A stretch of DNA of 64,000 nt, taken from assembly GCA_043228905.1 (NCBI GenBank), contig JBHGNT010000014.1, forward strand, positions 16,740,001 to 16,804,000, written 5' to 3'. How positions within the stretch are numbered: position 1 is the first letter of the stretch; each line of letters opens with the position of its first letter. Shown here in pieces: positions 40,490 through 50,400 of the stretch. A program made the translations under genes and the position numbers. Source of the stretch: Azolla caroliniana. Lineage: Eukaryota > Plantae > Polypodiophyta. A model generated the notes under the pieces. That model was not told where the DNA came from. It ran no database searches and saw nothing but the letters and a program-made list of their open reading frames with translations.

Positions 40490-41550
40490 GGTGATGAGTC
40501 AGCAGCAACAAGAAAACCGAAAGAAGAGAGTGCACACGTGGAGGTGTACAGTCAGCAAATGAAGGAAGAGTGCGAGACGACGTGGAGGGTGTACAGTCAG
40601 CAAACGAGAGGGGACTGCACACGTGGAGTGTAGTGTTTACAGTAGGTAAGCAAACCAACGCATGAGCGCATGCACACGTGGAGTGTACGGTCAGCAAAAC
40701 CAAACGAGAGTGTAAGAGCGTGGTGGTGTACAGTCAGCAAGATGGGGGGGGAGGGGAGGGGGCAGGGCAGGGCAGCTGAGTCAGCAGATTGTGTGTTGAA
40801 AGTGCACTCGTGGAGGTGCCCATTCCACGTCAGCAGCAAAAAAATAAAACAAAAAGTGGACAGGGGAGACAGATGAGTCAGCAAAGACCAAAAAGAACAA
40901 GAAAGAGACTATAAAAGAGAACCACTCAGCAAAAGGGAGATGAGTCAGCAAAATAGGACAGACACGGACACACGGTGGAGAGATGAGTCAGCAAAATAGG
41001 ACAGACACGGACACACGGTGGAGAGATGAGTCAGCAAAACGAGGACAGACACGGACACACGGTGGAGAGATGAGTCAGCAAAACGAGGACAGACACGGAC
41101 ACACGGTGGAGAGATGAGTCAGCAAAACGAGGACAGACACGGACACACGGTGGAGAGATGAGTCAGCAAAACGAGGACAGACACGGACACACGGTGGAGA
41201 GATGAGTCAGCAAAACGAGACAGACAGGGTAGAGACCAAAAAGGGTATTGGAGGGGTAGAGAAGAGAGAGAGAGAGAGAGAGAGAGCTGACTCAGCAGGG
41301 GCAAGTGATGAGTCAGCAGCAACTGACTCTTCCTCCTGTGAACACGTATGTAGAGAGAGAGAGGGAGAGGGAGACAGAGAGAGAGACGGAGACAGAGAGA
41401 GGTACAGTCAGCACGCAAGGTCATCATCATAAAGAGGTGGGAGGAAGAAGCAAACAGAGAAGCAACGGATACATACACACAATAGGATGGATGGAGAAAA
41501 AGAAAGGGGGGGGGGGGGGGGGGGGAGTACAGTCAGCAATGCCACGTGGC
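40490..41550 (+). promoter_or_regulatory. Homotypic cluster of bZIP-type motifs (ATGAGTCAGCA, GTACAGTCAGCA, CACGTG); candidate enhancer
   Basis: About 18 co-oriented GTCAGCA cores in ~1.05 kb plus G-boxes near 40535, 40620, 40675 and 41543; function is inferred. Confidence 0.5.
40937..41225 (+). repeat. 43/44-bp tandem array, 6 full units plus 1 partial (GATGAGTCAGCAAAACGAGGACAGACACGGACACACGGTGGAGA)
   Basis: TGAGTCA at 40941, 40984, 41027, 41071, 41115, 41159 and 41203; units 1-2 read AAAATAGG, units 3-6 read AAAACGAGG. Confidence 0.97.
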
Positions 41551-41862
41551 ACTTGTGAAAAAAGGACAACAGAGTACGGTTTCCATGGAAGCAGGGAGAG
41601 AGAGAGAGTGAGAGAGAGTGAATTGAAAGGGGGGGGGGGGGGGGGGGGGGTAAAAACAAAAGAGAGAAAAAGTGGAGTAAGAGGAAACCAACCTCAAGAG
41701 TCTAGATTTATTGTTACTGTGTGTTATATATGGTTTGTAGTGTTATGAATGATAACATGTAGGTAATAATGTATGTATGTATGTATGCATGATGTATATA
41801 AACACACAATATGTACATTAAATAGAAGCAAATAATGAGTGCATAGTGAGTGAACTGCATGT

Positions 41863-41909
<47 letters not shown>

Positions 41910-43188
41910 TCAGAGTGTTAGGTTTCAGCTGCATGTGTGAGTGAGTTGAGTGGGGAGAGACTAAAACATAACATATATATATATATATATATATATGTTT
42001 TACATATATTCACATACTTGTCCATTTGTTTTGTTTCTTTTGTAGATCTGTCTCCCCCCTTCATTTCTTTACTTTCTTTCTTCTTCTTTTTTTAACTCTT
42101 CTTCTTCTTCTTTTCAGGAAGACTATTATTCGTTTATTTTACTGCTGTATATGGAAGGGGAGACAATGCAGATGTTTTCCCCTTTTTCTTTACTCTTTTG
42201 TGGATTTCATAAGCGTTGTTTTTTTTTTCATTACCTTCTCTCTCTCTCTCTCTCTCTCTTTCCAAGTTTTTCTGTGCTCCTACTAACTCGTGATTTGAAC
42301 CCTCCACCTTTTTCTTCCTTCTACACCTACTAACTATGAGTGCAAAGCCATATAGTGGGCTCACAATCCCTAAGCAAACACCACCCCTTCTCTCTATCCC
42401 CAAACAAAATTAATATCTATATCTGTATATAGCATAGAATACATTACAATAAATATCTAGATGTATACAGATACTTGTGTGAACATCGTATATGATACAT
42501 TAATCTACATATATCTTCTCTCTACACATGTTCATATACATACTCTCTCTCTCTCTCTCTCTCTTCGGTATTTACAGTCTCTCCCTAATGTATAATACAT
42601 ATATACATGTATATATGTATAATATACCCTCTTTCTTTCTCTCTCTGTCACGCCTTTCTAGACATAGAAATAATGGAGGCAAGAGTGTTTTTGTCTTGTC
42701 CTATGCATATCTATCTATCTATCTCTCTCTATTCTCTTATCTTTTTCTTTGTCTTTTTCTTTTTCTTTCTTCCTTTTTTTCTTGTCTCTGCTGTCGGTCT
42801 AGTGGGTGGGTTTTGGAAGGAGAAGGGGGGGATTCCCGAAATGTTATATATGGATTTTGAGCTCCTACCATCTCTTCCCACGCATTTTTCTCTCATCATT
42901 CTATATATGTATACATAATTGATCCCCCTCTCCCTCCTCTTCCCTCCCATCACCAAAATTTGCCGAAAGTGCAAGGTAAACTAACTGTCAAAAAAAAAAT
43001 TGAGAAGATTATTTATTTTATTTTTTTAAATAAAAATGGGAGGAAAGAAAAAATAAAATAGAATTTAAAAGCAGGGGAAGAACAAAGGGAGAGGAGAGGA
43101 AAGAAAATAAATTTTGAAGAGCATGGTTTGGGTGGGAGTTGGGTTGATTGATTGATTGATTGAATGAACGAAATGAATGAATGAGCAT

Positions 43189-43224
<36 letters not shown>

Positions 43225-43551
43225 GGGGAGGGTGAATATTGCACGGCCATGGGTTTCTCGTGACAGGCTGGTGCTAGAGAGAAAAGCACTCATTGGGATG
43301 AGAGAGAGAGAGAGAGAGCTCATTTTACAATGTTAGAGAGAGAAAATTACAATCTTAAGAGAAGAAGAAAGCTCACAAATTATACAATCTTAAGGGAGAT
43401 AAATGCCCATATTATAATCGTAAGATAGAGAACAGTTTACAATGCTGAGAGAATAGCTCATTTTACGATGTTAGGATGATACTGTTTTTTTTTTGTTTTT
43501 TACAGAGCAAGATGAGAGTTTACTGAGCCATATGTACTTTAGATAAATAGA

Positions 43552-43592
<41 letters not shown>

Positions 43593-44041
43593 CCGTGTAG
43601 TAGGAGAGAGGCATCTAAAGATAGCCGAGAGTCCCCAAAACCATCGTCATCATTATTTTGCCTGCCTTCCATTTTGTTAAAATAGAAATAGCACCACAAT
43701 ACAAGCTTATGAATAGATTTGGATAATCCTTTTGGATAACCCAACATTTCTTTCGAATTACTTAATGATTGTGGAGGAAGTGCGGTGCTTTTTGGTGGGA
43801 TTGTGGACCTCTTTCTCTCCCATCCCTAAAAGTGGAGGTACTGAGAGAGAAGAGAGAAGAAATATATACATATACATATACATCCACGCACACACACAGA
43901 CTTTACACTTAATCAGTTGATTGAATGAGAAAGACAGAGAAGATGGAACTATAATCGAGGAAATGAATGGCACTACTTCTCATACATTTGTCCCTAGACC
44001 TAGACACCTTCGGATCAATCATCAAATCTCTCTCCTAGGCA

Positions 44042-44225
44042 AGAGAGAGGATGTATAATTACCTCAAGTCCCTCATTCATGAGAGGATCTACAGAGAAGA
44101 TGTATCATTAGTAATTACCTCCAGGCTCCCTCATTTATGACAGGATCTAGAGAGAGGATATGTAATTACCTCAAGTCTCACACACACATGAGGGGGTGGC
44201 ATACAGAGAGAGGATGTATGATTGT
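44042..44225. repeat. Degenerate ~55-bp tandem repeat (about 3.3 copies)
   Basis: AGAGAGGATGTAT..AATTACCTC..CCCTCATT.ATGA..GGATCTA recurs. Confidence 0.75.
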
Positions 44226-44473
44226 CTCTCTAATTCACGAGACCATGCGTAATCACTTCAGTAAAAGGTCCATTGAAGTGTTAATATAAATGTTTATTTC
44301 ATCTCTCTATGACCTAGTATAATTTAATGATGCGGTATAAGAGGTTGTGCAGAGACTAATCACCCATCATTGATCATGTAATCCCTCTCTATCTTTGTAG
44401 GCCCTTCTTTCTCTATCCATCTTCGTGACTACTTTTCATTAATCAACTTTAGAAATAATTCTGAATTTGGCAA

Positions 44474-44526
<53 letters not shown>

Positions 44527-44950
44527 TCATCACCGAACTTCCTCATTTACTCACTGCTTCCTCCCCATTCGTCCACACCAGTTAAAAAGTATCAGCAATC
44601 TCTCTTCTTTTTACCTATTTGCAAGTCTCCCCCTTCATTTTTTGACGTCCTGTTGTGTACCTTTTAACATCCTTGAGTAGAGAGAGAGATAGATAGCTTT
44701 ACCTTTTCTCCATCTGCACCCTTCACTCTTTGCCCCTTCTCTCTAATCAAAAACCTGCAAATTTCAACCCATTTTTGCTTTCCTTCTGCCCCTTTACTCG
44801 CCTTTCCTCAACAATTTGCTCTGAATTCTCTTCTGAACCCTCCCTCACTTGCTCTCTCTCTCCCTTTGCCTCTTGTTCACATCTCAATTATACCCTCACA
44901 GATCTCGATTATCCATCTCAAGGCATTTTATATATACTAAGAGCCTTCAG

Positions 44951-45380
44951 GTAAGCATATGATTATACTGCAACGTGTAGTTTCTACCCATATCATAATC
45001 TCCAGAATTTTAGTTTCATCATAGCACTATGGACCCTTCATTTCATCTCAATTTCCCTAGATCTAGGGTATCTGCAGCTTCAATGGAAGTATAACATGAG
45101 AAAGCTTTATGTCTTAGAGATCTGCAAGAGAAATTCCTCTTTAATGGACAAGGAACTGGAAAAATTCAGTGAATTTCCTCTCAATTCGGTGTCATTTCCT
45201 AATTTTCTTAACTAACTCAGGGAAATTCCCACCAATTCGTCATTATCATTCTGCAATTTGCCATATTCTCCTTTTCCCCGTCTTCCCAGAATAGTTGATT
45301 TTGCATAACTTGTGTAATTTTGCATCAATTTTTTCTAAGTTTGCCAGAATTTTCAGTAAGTTTGATGAATTTTATGGCAG
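44951..45380 (+). other. Putative 5'-UTR intron of the DME-like gene
   Basis: Strong donor CAG|GTAAGC at 44951 after a CT-rich leader; acceptor TTTTATGGCAG at 45380. Confidence 0.55.
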
Positions 45381-45730
45381 GAATGGAGGGGAACCCGAAT
45401 TTCTCAACGAACACAAAAAAGTGGTTTTGGATGAGTTTATTGCGACGAAAAACATGACGAAATAGAGAGAAAGTCGAGCTTTGTGCGAATTATAAGTATA
45501 ATTCGCAGTTCTCTGACCCACATTGGAGTCTCAAGAAATGCATCATTTCATAGTGATGGGTCGTTAGGAAACCATTTCCACTACTTTCTGCATCATTTCA
45601 GTCCCAATGGCCCGCTATTGCTAGAGGAATCTAGAGCATAGAGATATATAATCAAAACAAGTTCAGAGCATAACATAAAAGTTTTCTGCAGATACAACAA
45701 TAAATCAACCAAGCAGAAGTATTTCTGGGG

Positions 45731-47417
45731 ATGACTATCCAAGAGTCAAGAGATCAACAAGAATTAAGCTCCACAATGTTTCAAAACATGGCTAATAATA
45801 TGGCCCCAAGGAAGAGCCCTCAATGGCAGAGTCCTACTACTCAAACTCCTTTTACCAGTTTATTCCGTTTATTGGTTGAACCCGATCCCTCGCAAGAAAT
45901 GAACATGATAGATCAAGATATATGCCTCACTAACCCTTCATATCAGAGTCCAAATGTTGCTTCCCTTGGAGCAAATCCAGCTTTATTTGGTGAAGATAGA
46001 AGAGAACAAGTAATTATACCCCCTGTAAGCACACAAAGCGGCACAAATAACCCATATCTTGCTAGATCTATTACTTTGGAAGAAACTGGGGGATCTGCAA
46101 AAAACACTCAAAGCCCACTCACCACTTACCAGCAAGGTCAAGAGCAAAGACAAATACTTTCAGAGAAAACCTCAAGTTTTTGGAGTTATCCAGGTAGATT
46201 GAGTGAAGCTAATCAATGCCATGGTGGTATTCTAAATCTGGAAGAGCAAAGAGGGACGGTGTGTCAAGAGGGTACAAATTATCATTCTAAATTGAATATA
46301 GAGCATGGTAGGGAAACAGCAAATCCAGCCACAATTAGCAGATCACCCCAAGATAACAGGTCGATGTTTGCATACACGCAAAGCTTGGATCAACCTACAC
46401 AAGCTCTAAACCAGGAAGAGAACAGAAGAATATGTGGAGAGGGTCCAATTTATCATTCTAAATTGACTACAGAGCATGGTAGGGAAACGGAAAATCCAGC
46501 AGCAACTAACAGATCAGCCCAAGATCACAGATCCATGTTCACTTTCATGAAGAGCTTAGATCAACCACAAGAAATTTGTGATAAAAGCTCGACGCAATTT
46601 TCCGATGTGCCTGGAGTGCATAGGTTGAAGGCGCAATCCAACCACCACCCTTCTTGTGAACCTCCCATGCTAGTAAGATCTCCTTCCCCAGATATATTGC
46701 AGAGGTTCTCTCTCTCAAGCCAACAGAACACATGCTTAAATGGAGTGTCCAACATAAATTCACCTGCAGAAAATAGAGGTGTGAGTTCTTCTCAAATGCA
46801 ATGGTCCACTTCTAGGGTTGTAGATTCAAGACCTCCTGTTCAATCTCCTCAAACCATTATGAATGGGAATTCTGTAAACCATAGACCCACAATCCAACAG
46901 GAATCAGGATGGGTTGGCACCAATACACAACTTACTGCACACAGAAGTGGTTCTGGTTCAAATATCGCAGGCTCCTTGCACCACCAATTAAACGAAAATT
47001 CAGCCTTCAGCAACCAAGGTGCTTCACAAAGGCATATGAATATTCCAGATGTACTTCACAATAACCAGTTGCCACCATCCGAACATATCCAGCATAAATG
47101 GGCTTTTACAAACACACAAGATTCTAACCTTTTTTCTCATAGGAGTTCATTGGAGACACAATCCTATCGAGGTATCCACCCTTCACCCCCAGTCACAATA
47201 CAAGGACAAGTACCAAATAAACCCTTGTTGCAACAATTTGATGCATACAACCTTGAGACAGTACAGCAACGCCTCGCCCAACAATCATTCACTTCTAATG
47301 TAGCATTGTTGAGGCAATTCGAAAGTTATGACATGAGTCAACCCATAAAATCCTCTTCTCTTGATGCTGGAAAGGACCATGTTGCAGTGGCCAATAATCA
47401 TTATACAAGTAAACAGA
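45731..47417 (+). CDS. DME: DME-like coding exon 1 (low-complexity N-terminus)
   Basis: Long ORF; donor GTATGT at 47418, phase 1. Confidence 0.8.
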
Positions 47418-50400
47418 GTATGTAGTTAACTACTATGATAGCAGAATAGATCATTTGCAATGGTTTTTTAACTCTAACTTTTGCACCATTTTCTTTGCCC
47501 AACAGATTTTCGAGCACCGGAAGCCCATTCCAATGGTATTTTACATATTTCACCTTCAAGAAACTCTCCAGCTTGCGGTGATATGCAGCAGGGATCAGCT
47601 TCAGCAAGCACAAATTATGATGCAAAAACAGGGCAGTTAAGCATGGTCGTCGGTGAGTCCAAGAGGCTTTCTAGTCTCCGCACAGAGATGAGAAAAGGAA
47701 GCTTGCAAGATAGTCAAGATGAACCTCAATCAAAACAAAGAAGGAAAAAGGTTCGATGCAAAGTGCTAAGAGACAAAACTAAGCCAAGGGGTCGTCCAGG
47801 AAGAAAACCAGGCATGCCTGGGGATGCTGGCAAAGCAGCTCATATATATGGAGATGCAAAACATGAAGTTCAAAATGGTGATGCTGCTGAACCACAAACG
47901 TCCTCCCATCTTGAATCATTGGAGGCCAGCAACACTGGAAAATTCGTTTACCAAGAGGGAGGAAATTCTGCTTTTGGGCTGTTCTGTAATGAGGGAATGA
48001 TCACTCATAACGAGTGTACAAGTGCCAACAATGGGATTTCAATCAACCAGAGAGAAATCTCTATAGGTGCTGGCCAAATGGTAGTATCACATCCAGACAT
48101 ACGCCGACTGGTTGATTTCTTGGGTCTATCAGATGAGAAATGCCGTGCTGGAGAAAAAGATCTAGCATCATGGAACGTAATATCTACCAATGAACCGCAA
48201 AATCATACTTCAGTAGTAGAAGGAAATGAACTTGTTCTATATGGCCAAAACTGTGAGGCATCTGGAATGCAAAAGTCACATGACCATGCCTTACCTCTGT
48301 GTCTATTCTCAGGTGAAACCTCCTCAACAGGATCAACTGAATTGGTGGTTTCGAATGGAAGTTTGTCATTGGTCAATATATCAAAGCATGACAGCTTGCA
48401 GATGGTTCCATATAATGAGAAGAGGGACATTGTTTTATCTAGAGCCATAAGAACTTACAAAAAGATCCGAGCAAAAGTTCAGCTGGATCCTGAATCACAA
48501 AGAGTATGGCTTCAACTTGAGAATGGAGGCAGTCCAGAAACTGATACTGATCCTGATAAAAAGAAGTATTGGGAAAAGGAGAGAGCAGACATGAAAAAAA
48601 AAATTGATATCTTTATCCAGAAAATGCATTTTGTTCAAGGTAAATTGCAGTTTCTAAGGGAAAAATATTAACATTGTCTACATGAGGCTAAATTAACAAC
48701 TGATTCTAAATTGCAGGAGACCGTCGTTTTTCTCCTTGGAAAGGATCAATTGTGGACTCAGTTGTTGGAGCTTTTCTAACTCAAAATGTTTCTGACCACT
48801 TGTCTAGGTAAACCTCTTTCACTGTAATGACTCTGTTTCAAGAACTATCTTTGAATTTAGGAAGCGCAAGATAACTTTCCATGTCGTATCAAACTCGTCG
48901 ATCAATAATGATCAAGAATATACAACTATTTACGTGATTGATATATATTAATTGGGACCTGCAAATCTAAAAGCTTCATTTGGGATGGTGGCATATGGCC
49001 ACAAACTTCAAGACTGAAACTTTCAGAACCCAAGAAGGTTGTGAAATATCATATGGCCTTGGTTCAGATTTCCATAGGGATTGGGAGAGGACATAAAAAG
49101 AGAGATACAGAAGAGCAGGAGGAGAAGGAGAAGAAGAGGTGAAACACAAAGAAGATATGTAGGTTCACAAAATACCAACAGTCATTAGAATCAACTTCAA
49201 GGGTGCACTTAGGAAAATGGAATACTAATTATAACGACCGTAGTTAAGTTTCAAACATTAAAGAAAAGTCCTGAGATATAGTACAAGTATTTTCTATAAG
49301 ATGCATCTAGCTCATATCATTCAACTCGGTTTAGGCTTATGGGCGGCTAGCTCTTCCCTAAGGATAAAGTCCCGTCTTCTGTTCTGTATGGACTCTAGCA
49401 AGCTAGACACTTTTGTTCTGATGTTCCAGAGGAATAAGTTTGGCAGTTTAGGCATATGTACTCTGATCTTTTTCTTCCTTCTATGATATTTGATATCTAC
49501 GGGTTTGGTTCCATTTCCACGCCAATAGAATATGGCTCATGGCTCTCCTGGATCAGTGAGAATAAAAAAAATCCTTCATGCAAACTGTGTAAGAGTCTGC
49601 TATTTTCTTCTTAGACGGAGACTTCTTATTCATACTCTCTCCAAGTGTTCCTCTTCCTAAAGTTTTGATATGACCTCTTTCACAAGATGTTACTCCATTC
49701 CTTAACTGGCTATAACAAACTCTATTTTGGGTGCATGGATCTTTAAGTTGTTACCCAAATATATGAGTTGGGAGGCCTGGTAGCTTGATCACTAGGACAT
49801 ATTATTAGCATCATGACACATAGGACTACAACCATAACAGACATTACTCCATTTCAAGGAATCTTGTAAAACATGTCAATACATGTATGATTTCCCACTA
49901 TCTAATTGATTAATTAAGTATTCCAGATACCTAAATTATCTGAGCAGTAACAGTACTTTCCCTGTATTTTACAGCTCTGCATTTATGTCAGTTGCATCTC
50001 GATTTCCGGCAGTTCCAAAGAAGGAAAGGGTTTATGACATGAGTCAGAGTCCATGCCAGACGCCGTGTGATGAGGAAGTTCCCCCTTCAATAATGGAAAA
50101 GGGTTTTTTCTGTTCTGCAGAGGAGCCATCTCCAGTAAAGCAACATATGGAAAATAATGATATCCATGAAAGCACAGCTACTGAAGTTGGTACCAGTGAG
50201 ATAATTGATTTGTGTACACCAGTAAAACAAGAAGACAAAAAGTCTCCTGATTATCAGGGTCAACTTGGCACTGGACACAAGGGTTATTATGATACTTTAA
50301 TGAATACACCTCAATCACAGCCCTGTGGAACACCTCAGAAAGGACAAACAGGTCTTCTAGCATCTGATGATGAAAGGAATTCAAGTTGTACCTTTGACAT

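Larger units (their letters stand above)
39434..44521. repeat. Dense (GA/TC)n, (GT)n, (TA)n and poly-G microsatellites upstream of the DME-like gene
   Basis: GA/TC runs near 39434, 39570, 39842, 41265, 41866, 42240, 43192, 43550 and 44476; G-runs near 41506 and 41629. Confidence 0.9.

Noticed and set aside
40937-41225. CRISPR-like array
   Set aside because: The units are head-to-tail with no unique spacers, there are no cas genes, and the context is eukaryotic
39500-44950. Many short ORFs (poly-ER, poly-SL, poly-G, poly-CV)
   Set aside because: Translation artefacts of microsatellites with no domains
45731-48671. The 564-aa and 396-aa ORFs as separate genes
   Set aside because: An in-phase 88-bp GT-AG intron (47418-47505) joins them, and the second splices into DME domain A
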